This document shows positions 1-9,582 of a stretch of DNA of 64,000 nucleotides, in pieces. Location: NCBI GenBank assembly GCA_051546255.1, contig CP128816.1, forward strand, positions 310,001 through 374,000. The letters are read 5' to 3'. The stretch's first letter is position 1. Every line of letters starts with the position of its first letter. Under the pieces are notes generated by a model. The model was not told the DNA's origin, did not search any database, and was given only the letters and a program-made list of their open reading frames with translations. Source of the stretch: Meyerozyma guilliermondii (Eukaryota). Position numbers and translations under genes: made by a program.

Positions 1-318
1 TTCATCGGAGCATGGTTATTGTTCTGGGTCATCAGCAACGTCACTCCAACATTTTCACCACTTGCACTTTGTGCTCATTTTTTCCGCTATGGATACGCCA
101 TGCCCATCCATGCGTCGTACGAAATATCCAAGGTGGTTTTCTTTGACACTTATAAGGGAGCCTTGGGAAGAAATTATGCTATTTTGGTGATATGGAATGC
201 TTTGGTGTTTGTATTGCTTCCATTTGCAGCGATTTTCTACAAGAGAAGAATGGCGCAAAAGGCCATTGCTGAGCGCCAGAAGGTGGTGGACGAGGTGCAG
301 AACGGCAAGATAAATTAG
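1..318 (+). CDS. SNG1: C-terminal part of SNG1-like (DUF3533) multi-pass membrane protein, 5' truncated by window
   Basis: Frame open from base 1: FIGAWLLFWVISNV...FFRYGYAMPIH...GRNYAILVIW, typical SNG1-family C-terminus; stop at 316-318. Confidence 0.7.
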   Translation, partial: FIGAWLLFWVISNVTPTFSPLALCAHFFRYGYAMPIHASYEISKVVFFDTYKGALGRNYAILVIWNALVFVLLPFAAIFYKRRMAQKAIAERQKVVDEVQNGKIN

Positions 319-1331
319 GAGAACGACGAAGAAGATCGTATTCAATGATCGAGGAATGAGCTTAGAAGCCTTGGTTGAATATTTATTGATTGACAACTTC
401 GAACAATATTGAAGATTGAACAGTGACACATGCTCAAACAACTTCGAAATTAATTGCAGCGAACAATCATAACCCACGAGAACATTGTATATACCACGAG
501 GATAATAATAAACGAATCACTGGGGAACAATGCAGAAAAACAAATTAATCAATTAATCGATTTACTTTATTGTTTTGGCTTAGTTTTTACATAATTACTC
601 TCTACTTCGTACTTTTTACCTAAACTCGATCTCAAATATCTGGGGAATGCTTCAGCTCAGGAAAAATCGCTCATAGCCCAATGCGCTCCATTTTTAAATA
701 GCCACTCTGCATCGTAACGCGCATCCTATTCTCGTACTTACCAAATCGGGCCATCCCGAGGCCGTAATTTCCCGCATTGTATCACACTGTGCAGGGTCTG
801 CAGCACCTCCTAGCATCGCTGCAATGCAACCAGTAGCCAAAAATACACCAATATATATTCGATATCTTTTAATCTATTTCAATCTTTCTATTTCTCCAAC
901 TTTTTCATTTCCAATCTTTATTTTTCTCAATCTTTTAAACTATTCAAACCTTATTATTTCTAAATCTCTCATTTTCTTTGCGGCCATTTTTAGCTGCGCG
1001 ATGCCAATATGCCCGTCGCTAAAGCAGGAAGTATCCGGCATACAACCCACCGGTTCTGCAGATAACTGCGCCACGTTCTTAAGCCGTTATTCAGCCCACA
1101 TGGGCACCCGGCCCACATGGGCTATATTTAGTATGGGTTTTCATTTATTTAAATACCTTTTGCTGAACTACGAATTCAATCGTAACTTGCCACCGAAAGG
1201 GCCGTTTGGTTTTCCTGAAACATCTTGAAACATATTTTTTATTATTGCCCATTCCACATCGTCTCCACTTTGTTCTGCTAATAAAGGTGGTTCTAATTTC
1301 GTTCATTTTTTGACTTTGTTTTGCGTCCGTG

Positions 1332-2759
1332 ATGAAGTTGTTTCTCTTTTGCGTCTACGCAAACTTGGCTTTGGCCCTTAATATCCTTCTTTCCACCCCA
1401 GACTCGTGGGTCACCAAGAATGTGCGTCACTTGAAGGCGGCACTCGAAGCTCAAAATCACACAGTGGTGGCCATTGCTCCACTATACGACAATATGGGAT
1501 CCCAGAAATTGGTTTCTGACGAAAGTTCCATAACGATAGATACCCCAGTGACCGCTGATTTCAACGTAAAGAGACTGGTCCAGTCCGCTGAAGCCATTGC
1601 TGATGGAGGTGATTTCGGCCATCTCCTTCCCGTTCACCAAATCTACTATAAACATATTAAAGCCATGAACCTGGCGGCTGGAAAAAGACCTAGAAACGTG
1701 GTTCACAAAGATGATGTTCCTCAAGAGTCTGTGGTCTCCTATGACGTTTTTGGCCAGGATCCTCTCGACCCATCGTTTTGGTACGTCGACTCTCTGCCGG
1801 TATCTACCCTTCTCATCGGGTTGGATATCATTTTGCCCAAATATTACCCCGATTTCAAGCCCGACTTGGTGATTTTGGGTCCCCAAGAAGGCATCTCTTA
1901 TACCCCACAAGCCGCCTCAGACTACTACGAGTCGATACAAGCCATGGCAGCTATTTCCGCTTCGCAAAACCACTCCACCATCGCTGTTTCCAGCGAAGAT
2001 AATCATCACATATACTTTCAAGACGAGCACTTTTTCAATGCACAACAAGAAAAACTCAAGCGGTTCAAGAAGAATGTATTTGCAAGAAACATTCGCTTCA
2101 CCAACAAAAAAATCATCGACTTGGTTACCAGTTTAGAAAAAAAGGCTGCCGGCAGTCTTCTCCTTCCTTCCCGAGTGGCACTCAACGTCATCATTCCATC
2201 CATTAACCACGAGTACTCGCATTGTGCAACCTCCAGCAATCCCAACGCCAAACTCAACCCAGAATTCAAACAGGTGATGTTTGAGAACGACGCTCCCTCA
2301 TCTGTCGTACCGCAATCGCTTCCAAAGTACCGTCTTACTGATGACAAGATTCAAAGGCAGGGACTGTTGAAACTTTCTGGATTGGAGAAAAGAAGCATGA
2401 GCGAAGAAGACGAGATTGTGGAGAAAATAGAAGATGCCGGTGAAGAGCAAGAGGTTTACGAAGAAAAGGAGCAGCCTACTTTCGTGGACAAGAAATCCTA
2501 CTACTATCTCGAGACTCTTCGTAATTATGCCAAGCACCCATTGGCTGCATTCCACACCGATTCCCAAATCAAGGTGTTTGACAAAAGAAACCTTCACCAG
2601 TTGTCGGACAACGACGACTTGAATTCCTTACTCAACAATGTCGATGAACTGGCCGTTCTCAACAACTGCCATATCAGTATTGCCGTAAACCACATGGAGC
2701 TTGGTTCTGGGCTTGGGCCAGAGGTTTTCGACGTGGAAAGTCTCTTTACGCATAATTAA
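1332..2759 (+). CDS. Secreted SurE-like (acid phosphatase/5'-nucleotidase fold) protein, catalytic motif degenerate
   Basis: Signal peptide MKLFLFCVYANLALA, then LNILLSTPDS...VVAIAP and PDLVILGP, matching the SurE layout; ATG at 1332. Confidence 0.65.
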   Translation: MKLFLFCVYANLALALNILLSTPDSWVTKNVRHLKAALEAQNHTVVAIAPLYDNMGSQKLVSDESSITIDTPVTADFNVKRLVQSAEAIADGGDFGHLLPVHQIYYKHIKAMNLAAGKRPRNVVHKDDVPQESVVSYDVFGQDPLDPSFWYVDSLPVSTLLIGLDIILPKYYPDFKPDLVILGPQEGISYTPQAASDYYESIQAMAAISASQNHSTIAVSSEDNHHIYFQDEHFFNAQQEKLKRFKKNVFARNIRFTNKKIIDLVTSLEKKAAGSLLLPSRVALNVIIPSINHEYSHCATSSNPNAKLNPEFKQVMFENDAPSSVVPQSLPKYRLTDDKIQRQGLLKLSGLEKRSMSEEDEIVEKIEDAGEEQEVYEEKEQPTFVDKKSYYYLETLRNYAKHPLAAFHTDSQIKVFDKRNLHQLSDNDDLNSLLNNVDELAVLNNCHISIAVNHMELGSGLGPEVFDVESLFTHN

Positions 2760-2859
2760 TAGAATATAACGATATTACGAAAGAAGAAGTAGCGCAAGAA
2801 GAAACAAAGTAGAGAGCTTACCGATACACAACGTAAGATTTTGCATCATGTCTTCTCGT

Positions 2860-2883
2860 TGAGTCATATCACGTGCCGATAAG
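2860..2883 (+). promoter_or_regulatory. Clustered Gcn4 (TGAGTCA), Cbf1 (TCACGTG) and GATA (GATAAG) sites upstream of methionine permease
   Basis: TGAGTCA 2860-2866, TCACGTG 2869-2875, GATAAG 2878-2883; 40-63 nt before ATG 2923. Confidence 0.6.
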
Positions 2884-2922
2884 AGTTGCGAATTTCATCA
2901 AATCTTCCCACAGTGTGGACTG

Positions 2923-4467
2923 ATGCTTGTACCCACACTCTCGGACGAGGTCTCTGTGCCTGGACGACGGTTCCAGAAGCTCAGCAGCATATCATGCATG
3001 TCTCTCATCATCAACAAGATGGTTGGAACCGGGATTTTTTCAACTCCTGCTATTATTTTCAAGTATCTTGAAGGCAATGTGAAGCTATATTTATTCTTGT
3101 GGCTCGTAGGAGGGATTGTTATTTTCAGTGGATTTGCTATTTTTCTCGAGTTTGCCTTGAATCTTCCTTTTCGAAACGGTGGCGAAAAAAACTACCTCAT
3201 TAGAGGGTTTCCTCGTGCTCCTAAAGGACTACTTGGTTGCATTTATTCGTTTCTGATTGTGTTATTAGGGTTCAGTTCCGGCAATTCCTATGCTTTTGGA
3301 AAGTATGTGGTGTACGCTGCCACGGGAAGAGACGACGGTGGCCACGAGGGCTTGGTGAAGGCAATTGGTGTGGCATGTATCACTGGCTGTGCTCTTCTTC
3401 ATGTCAATTTTTCCAACCATGGAACAGCCCTTTTCAATATTCTTGGAGTGTTCAAGATTCTTGTTCTTTTCCTAATTATTGGCAGTGGTTTCCTCGTGTG
3501 GACGGGACTTGTCAGTCCTTTGCACCAGACAGAAGCAGCTACAAATTTTGGAGCATCTGGCTCTCCCAGCTCCTATGCCATTGCCGCAGCACTTTTGGAG
3601 ATAATTTATTCGTTTAAAGGGTGGGAAAATGCCAATTACGTGCTAAACGAAATGGAGAATCCTTACAAAGTACTAGTTTTTGCAGCTCCAGCCGCAGTAT
3701 CGCTTGTCACTTTACTTTACTTTCTCGTCATTCTTTCCTATCTCGTGGTCATTCCAAAGCTGGAGCTTTTGGACAGCGGCGTTCTCGTTGCAGGAATCTT
3801 CTTCACAAAAATTTTCGGCGAAAGCATCACTTCGAGAATTCTTCCATTGGTGATTTCTCTCTCAAATCTTGGAAATGTTTTGGTGGTTTGCTTTGCCCAC
3901 GCCCATGTCAATCAGGAATTGGCCATGAACAACTACTTGCCCTTCTCCAGCTATTTCCAGAACATCAACCACGCCATATGGTTGCACTGGTTTGTGACCG
4001 TGTTGGTGTTGGTGGTTCCTCCATCGCAAGACATCTACGAATTTGTCGTCAATCTTTACATCTATCCAGGAACCTGGATCAACGTTCTTCTCACAGTGGG
4101 CCTCATATACCTCAAACTCAACTCTTCAGAACAGTGGGGCACCGATTATTCCAATGCTTCTCCCACCGAGGATTCAGATTCTTCGTTCACCGAATTAGAC
4201 CACTTGATTAACGCTCAGCACAAATGTCCCAAGATGAGCGCACCCACAATCTGCGTGGTAATCTTTCTACTTGCAAACCTCTTCTTGGCGATTTTTCCTT
4301 TCGTTCCTCCACCCTCATCGTCGCTGGCTGCAAATTCGCTGGTTCCATATTGGTGCTTTCCGGTAGTCGGAACTTCTGTATTGCTCATGGGTGGAGCATG
4401 GTTTTTCTTACGAGAGTACAGAAAGAGCACCAGTACGCTCTATGAACACGATTACAACACTTTATAG
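2923..4467 (+). CDS. MUP3: APC/LAT-family amino acid permease, low-affinity methionine permease-like
   Basis: INKMVGTGIFSTP, NGGEKNYL, YSFKGWENANY motifs; many TM segments. Confidence 0.75.
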   Translation: MLVPTLSDEVSVPGRRFQKLSSISCMSLIINKMVGTGIFSTPAIIFKYLEGNVKLYLFLWLVGGIVIFSGFAIFLEFALNLPFRNGGEKNYLIRGFPRAPKGLLGCIYSFLIVLLGFSSGNSYAFGKYVVYAATGRDDGGHEGLVKAIGVACITGCALLHVNFSNHGTALFNILGVFKILVLFLIIGSGFLVWTGLVSPLHQTEAATNFGASGSPSSYAIAAALLEIIYSFKGWENANYVLNEMENPYKVLVFAAPAAVSLVTLLYFLVILSYLVVIPKLELLDSGVLVAGIFFTKIFGESITSRILPLVISLSNLGNVLVVCFAHAHVNQELAMNNYLPFSSYFQNINHAIWLHWFVTVLVLVVPPSQDIYEFVVNLYIYPGTWINVLLTVGLIYLKLNSSEQWGTDYSNASPTEDSDSSFTELDHLINAQHKCPKMSAPTICVVIFLLANLFLAIFPFVPPPSSSLAANSLVPYWCFPVVGTSVLLMGGAWFFLREYRKSTSTLYEHDYNTL

Positions 4468-4584
4468 ACATACATGCTATTTTACATCTCTATCTTGTGG
4501 GCCTCGGCTTCCTCCAAGCCATCCATTGCACCCGCACTGGTTCTCCACAATTCTCCACAATTCTCAAATCTAGTGATACTAACC

Positions 4585-5625
4585 ATGGACTTATCATTGA
4601 GTGGTTCCGGCTTCGGCATGCCCAGGAAATGGGTTGAGGAAAACTACCAGCTTGCATTGAAGTTATTTATGAGCAAAAGTTTCGAAAGATCTTTCGATAT
4701 CACGAAAAAATTGTACAAAGCCAGCTTCCACCAATTGTCAAATGACACTATTCCCCAAGCATTATTCATCAAAATCATCAACTTGTACCTCACAGAGGTC
4801 GGTCTCTTCATAGACAAAGCTAATAATGGTCACCACTATAAATTGACCAGGCGAGAGAGGGAGGAAATTGCTAGTGAGCTCAGAAACGATAAACTACTCG
4901 ATGAGCTTCTTGTATTTTACGGTGATGATATCAACCTGATTCCTTCAGCGATATTGTTCAACTTGCTTTTGGTCTACTATATTAATAGCGATGTGATTTT
5001 CGAGAACAAAAGTGATCTTCTTTCCAAATTCTCTCGGATCTATGCATTGATAGAGATCGAAGAAGACCCCTATATAAGGAGACTTTCCGACTTGTACATT
5101 TTCCGAATCCTCCCAGACTTTAGCAAGGAAACCGAAGCTGAAAATTTAATCCGGCAATCGAAGTTGTACAAATCTTCACTTGATAATTCGCTAAAGAAAT
5201 TATCGTCTGCGATTGAGCAAAGAGAAACGAAAAGAAAAGCCGCCGAACAGGAGGTGAAGGCTAGCCAGTTGAGAGCCAAGGAAGAACAGCAAAAGAGAGT
5301 CAAAGCAGAAAAAGAGCAAAGAAAAAAACAAGATCTTCAGTACCAAACGTTGAATCTGCTCAAACAAAAGGCAGCTTCCGAATCTATGGCGCCGGCTCTG
5401 TCCGGAAGAAACACACCACAAGCACGGGACATCGAATCCTTAAAGCAACGTGCTTTGTACCTCTATGGAATATCTAAAGACTATATTGCCAAGAGCTCGC
5501 CCTTCATACTTCTTGCCATTATAGTTGTGTTTTTAGCATCTCGTATGGTCAACCTTCGCCGGTTAAACTTGAAAGAAGCTATACAAGAGACGGTACGCAT
5601 GGCCTTCCAGGTGAAGTACCTTTAA
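4585..5625 (+). CDS. PEX26: Tail-anchored peroxisomal membrane protein, Pex26-like
   Basis: Helical N-domain, charged coiled coil, single C-terminal TM, then TVRMAFQVKYL resembling fungal Pex26 tails; ATG 4585 preferred over 4474. Confidence 0.55.
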   Translation: MDLSLSGSGFGMPRKWVEENYQLALKLFMSKSFERSFDITKKLYKASFHQLSNDTIPQALFIKIINLYLTEVGLFIDKANNGHHYKLTRREREEIASELRNDKLLDELLVFYGDDINLIPSAILFNLLLVYYINSDVIFENKSDLLSKFSRIYALIEIEEDPYIRRLSDLYIFRILPDFSKETEAENLIRQSKLYKSSLDNSLKKLSSAIEQRETKRKAAEQEVKASQLRAKEEQQKRVKAEKEQRKKQDLQYQTLNLLKQKAASESMAPALSGRNTPQARDIESLKQRALYLYGISKDYIAKSSPFILLAIIVVFLASRMVNLRRLNLKEAIQETVRMAFQVKYL

Positions 5626-5689
5626 AAAGAGGTGAAAGAATAGGAACCTCAGCTAATCTATGAAGAATTCTAGATAATTCTAATGCACA

Positions 5690-6898
5690 TCAAAAGAACA
5701 AAGGAACCCCTTGGTTCTCCTCTTCTCCCTCTTTATGCTGGAACATATCGTATGACATGGTCGGTTTGGGCATTTTGTCCAAATCTTGGTACTCGTTCAT
5801 TTCAGTATCGTCACCACGAAATTGGTAGTCGTCGTCGAACATTTCGTTAAATTTGCTTTTGGTAAGCACCCCAGCATCAGTAGAAGCTTCCATCATGTTG
5901 AAGGTGATCAAAGTACCCGAGTACAGATTCATCAGCGAACGGCACAAAAGTTGAATAGATAATGTTCCGGCCATATCTTTTCTAATTTTGCACTTTGACG
6001 AAAGCTTCACTGCCTTCTGAACATTCTTCAAGATGTTGTAGTTGTAACCAGTTGTCATTGACCCGTTAGTTTCCACCATTCCTCCTTCACGAGGCTCATA
6101 TAAATTCAATTTCTCAAGTATGGATTTTTCCGGCGGATACATCAATTTCAGATGGCCCATAAACCCTTTTGAAACAAACTGGAGCAGGTTGTCGATGAAC
6201 TTGGGCCCAGCCTTGTTTCCATTACCCAAATATTTCACTTCATTCGAAACTATGAGGAACAAGTCTACCGTATTCACAAGCTCCAAATCACGAAGCACCT
6301 GAAAAAAAATATCACTTTTTAGTATGACTTCAAATTGAACTTCGTTATAGTTTAATACAAGACCATAGTCGTCGTCAACGTCGTAGCTTCTTTCCCACGC
6401 ATCATACGGGTACAGAATATCGGAATAAAACGTGGAAAATTCGAGCAGTTCACTCAACACATTATCTTCAAATTCTACAACAAAGGGTGTACCTTCTCCA
6501 TGGTAATTGATATAGCACTTTGTTTCTCCGGTATCGGGTCCTGGAGCAGCCGTCTTTTTAGGTTTTGAAGTCAAAACGACGGTATTGAAACAATCAGCCA
6601 TGAGCTTCACATCGATGCATAGTCGAAGTTCTTCAATTTCTTGTGAGTTTCCAGCGTAGAAATTAAAGCTGGTGAATAGGGAAGGGTCCAAACTGACCTG
6701 AATGTTGCAAATATGATTGTAATCGCCATAAAGTGTGATTCCTTTGGGAGATAGTATCATAAGAGCCTGAGAGCTCACCGGAACAACCGAAGATAAAACA
6801 TCAGCAAGATGAGATATTTGTGTAGTGGATGCAGAGAATACTTTGGGGGGTGTAGTTCCGTCGGAATCATGCTGGCTGGAGTCCACAAAGAGACTCAT
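5690..6898 (-). CDS. RAD17: 9-1-1 checkpoint clamp subunit (Rad1/Rec1/Rad17 family)
   Basis: FSASTTQISHLADVL..., LDPSLFTSF, AVKLSSKCKIRKDMAGTLSIQ PCNA-like Rad1-family pattern. Confidence 0.75.
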   Translation of the reverse strand: MSLFVDSSQHDSDGTTPPKVFSASTTQISHLADVLSSVVPVSSQALMILSPKGITLYGDYNHICNIQVSLDPSLFTSFNFYAGNSQEIEELRLCIDVKLMADCFNTVVLTSKPKKTAAPGPDTGETKCYINYHGEGTPFVVEFEDNVLSELLEFSTFYSDILYPYDAWERSYDVDDDYGLVLNYNEVQFEVILKSDIFFQVLRDLELVNTVDLFLIVSNEVKYLGNGNKAGPKFIDNLLQFVSKGFMGHLKLMYPPEKSILEKLNLYEPREGGMVETNGSMTTGYNYNILKNVQKAVKLSSKCKIRKDMAGTLSIQLLCRSLMNLYSGTLITFNMMEASTDAGVLTKSKFNEMFDDDYQFRGDDTEMNEYQDLDKMPKPTMSYDMFQHKEGEEENQGVPLFF

Positions 6899-7070
6899 GC
6901 AAATGTTTTATGGGAAACGGTGATTAAGTTAATCTTCAGAGCGCGCTGAGAAGACTAGTAATACGAAATGCAATACGAAAATGCAACAAAAGTGCAATTG
7001 AAAAATATAATTGAAGTTGCAACTGAAAATTCAATACAAATGCCTGGCTTGGCCTATGGTCTCTATTGAG

Positions 7071-8120
7071 CTAGTAAACAGATATATAGTTGTCAATCCT
7101 GTTCTTTTGGTTCTGGGCAATACATTCAGCAATCCAAGTAACGTTTCGCACTTCCTGCTCTTTGGACCGAAGCCAAGCCCAGATGGTGGATAACGTGAAC
7201 TGCTGGGTGAACGCATTCTTACAGTATTGCATTTCGAGGAAGTAGAACCAGTCCTCTAAGTTTTTGGAGCCCGAATCTTGTGAGCTCGAAAAAAGATCCA
7301 GGTACTCACCGACAGATTCCACAATGGACTTCAACTGTTCGGGGTCGTCAATTTGTGACAATTGCGTGTGGTACGTGGGGTACAACTTTCCGTACGAGGG
7401 AAACAACAGCACCTTGTCCTCAGGAGACAAGTCGGGGTTATTCATGGAGTTGAGGGCGATATTGATTACTCTTTTGTCGGCCTCAAAGCTCAACAATCGG
7501 GTCATAATTTCCTTGTCTGGTGACAGGAATTCTTTCTCGACAAACTCGACAAACGCCTCCAAGTAATTCTTGTACAACTTGTTTCTGATAATTTCAATAT
7601 TGAGATCGTCCAAGTCGTCGGCACTTATACAGTTTTTGAAAAACGGTGCCAACGGAGTGTCCACCAACACAGTGCTATACAAGCTCTCGATGTCAGTGGC
7701 AATGGAAAGAGTAGGCAAAGTATCAAACCAGCCTAGCGGGTGGCACTTGGAGAGAATTTCTGACTTGTCTCTCTCATGAAGTGTTCCTGTGATCATCAAC
7801 GACACATTGTCGATCATGTAGCCGTAACTAATATAGTCCAAAAATCGAAGAAGCTTACCCGATGCTTGTGCCCTGATATACTGAAACTGCTGGTAGAGTT
7901 TCTTTGACATTCCATCTTGAATTACAGACGTAGATAATGGCCCAGAATACGAAGCTAAAAAGTTGCCGTAATCCGTGGCAGACAACTGAAGTTTAATATC
8001 GTCCAAATTATCACACTGGGTCAAGTTGACGTACTGGTTGTTGCCTAGCAACCCGTCGCGGTATCCTCGTACAACGCCCTCCACGTAGCCGTAGTCAATG
8101 TTGAAAAACAACCCTTCCAT
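7071..8120 (-). CDS. VMA6: V-ATPase V0 subunit d
   Basis: MEGLFFNIDYGYVEGVVRGY...KEQEVRNVTWIAECIAQNQ, highly conserved. Confidence 0.97.
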   Translation of the reverse strand: MEGLFFNIDYGYVEGVVRGYRDGLLGNNQYVNLTQCDNLDDIKLQLSATDYGNFLASYSGPLSTSVIQDGMSKKLYQQFQYIRAQASGKLLRFLDYISYGYMIDNVSLMITGTLHERDKSEILSKCHPLGWFDTLPTLSIATDIESLYSTVLVDTPLAPFFKNCISADDLDDLNIEIIRNKLYKNYLEAFVEFVEKEFLSPDKEIMTRLLSFEADKRVINIALNSMNNPDLSPEDKVLLFPSYGKLYPTYHTQLSQIDDPEQLKSIVESVGEYLDLFSSSQDSGSKNLEDWFYFLEMQYCKNAFTQQFTLSTIWAWLRSKEQEVRNVTWIAECIAQNQKNRIDNYISVY

Positions 8121-8236
8121 GTTTTGAGGGTGACGATAGCGGTGCGTTTCGTCCTTAATCTTTCACCAGAAGCGCACCCACACACCCACACGTCAATCGC
8201 GAGTCACCAACAGCTAAACCATCTACAGTCCACGCC

Positions 8237-9526
8237 ATGTCGTCAATTTTGCTCAAAACGCTCGCCGAAGACTTGGATCCGCATCTACGAGACCAGCTTT
8301 TGGGCGATGATGATTTGCAGCGCGAAACTCAATCGTATCTCTCGCGCTTGTTGATAAACGATGAACTCTTGTCCACAGAGAATTTCTCCACCACCACCAC
8401 TGACGATCCAAATAGACAACAAACCTTGACAGAAGAGATTGCGGAGCTCGACCAGCAGCACCATATTGTGAGCAAGGAAATGGCAGCGGAAACAGACCAC
8501 AATAGAGACTTAATCGTGGGTATATCTCGCAATCTCGACGACATCAAACTGCGACTAGCAAACACAATTCCGTCCCAAATCGATACTATTCTACAGATTG
8601 TTGATTCTAGCGAAAAATTCGACCGTCTTGTGGTTCCAACGAACGAAAAACTCGAAGAATCCATCAAATCGAACGATGTGATACTTGCCAACATCGATTC
8701 TGTTCTTGACTTTCTTGAGCTTCCCACCTTGTGTAAGCTTTGTATCTCGCAAGGAAACTACCAAGAAAGCCTTGAAATTTCGATTTTGGTGCAGTCTTTG
8801 CTCATCAGGTTCCCTAAGCTCACCATATTCCAGCGTATAAGCAAACAGGTAGATGTCGAATTGGAATTGATGGCGAAGGGACTCATCAAACTTCTCAACA
8901 CCAACCTTAAACAAAACCAAATTCTCAAAATCTTTCAAATCCTCAGCCGTTTAAACCTCAATTGCGTAGCCTCAAGCTCAAAATCCACTTCGATCTTGCT
9001 GCCTGTCTCGTCCGAAGACTCGTTTCATAAAACCAGGTTCCTCAAACTCATTTATCTTAATGGAAGGTTCAAATTTATCATCAAAGAATTGGAAAACTTG
9101 GCTCCGCTAATTCGTTTTAATCGTCTCACGTATTTGAAGCGTTTCGTGGAGACTTACAGAGAACACATATTCAGTTCCCTCTCCATTTATTCTACAATAT
9201 TTTCAACCCAAGCTACCACCAACAAAGAAACATCCGAAAACGATGACAAAGCCCTCCTATATCAATATATTAAAAGCTTATCAATGCGTCTTGTTGAAGA
9301 GATCAATGAATACTTTCCAGATCTTTATTTTGGAAAGAGCGATAGCGACGATTATGCTGAAAAAGACGGCTTCATTTTACAAATCATCTACTTGTGCAAG
9401 TCTGTGGCCAAGTTCGGCACAAATTTCGAGACTATACTCATGTATGAGCTTTGTTATAAAAGGAATACTGGTATCACAACGGAAGATTGGGAACGAAATA
9501 TTGCTAAAGTTGATATTTATGCATAG
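8237..9526 (+). CDS. COG8: Conserved oligomeric Golgi complex subunit 8 (Dor1)
   Basis: VLDFLELPTLCKLCISQGNYQESLEI and YLKRFVETYREHIF Dor1-family motifs. Confidence 0.85.
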   Translation: MSSILLKTLAEDLDPHLRDQLLGDDDLQRETQSYLSRLLINDELLSTENFSTTTTDDPNRQQTLTEEIAELDQQHHIVSKEMAAETDHNRDLIVGISRNLDDIKLRLANTIPSQIDTILQIVDSSEKFDRLVVPTNEKLEESIKSNDVILANIDSVLDFLELPTLCKLCISQGNYQESLEISILVQSLLIRFPKLTIFQRISKQVDVELELMAKGLIKLLNTNLKQNQILKIFQILSRLNLNCVASSSKSTSILLPVSSEDSFHKTRFLKLIYLNGRFKFIIKELENLAPLIRFNRLTYLKRFVETYREHIFSSLSIYSTIFSTQATTNKETSENDDKALLYQYIKSLSMRLVEEINEYFPDLYFGKSDSDDYAEKDGFILQIIYLCKSVAKFGTNFETILMYELCYKRNTGITTEDWERNIAKVDIYA

Positions 9527-9582
9527 CTAACTTGTTCTACAACGTCATCACAAAAGAAATGAGGTATCATGAATTAAATCTA

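Noticed and set aside
735..755. TACTTACC, resembling the U1 snRNA 5' end or a minus-strand ATG...GTAAGT mini-exon
   Set aside because: No U1 stem-loop I or Sm site follows, and I found no minus-strand CTAAC/YAG partner or downstream exon
824..1228. 134-aa ORF in the first intergenic region
   Set aside because: Runs through a low-complexity pyrimidine tract; no protein-like features
4474..4584. Upstream ATG extension of the PEX26-like ORF and a TACTAAC at 4577
   Set aside because: ATG 4474 is only 6 nt after the previous stop, leaving no promoter; TACTAAC has no adjacent YAG, unlike every real intron here
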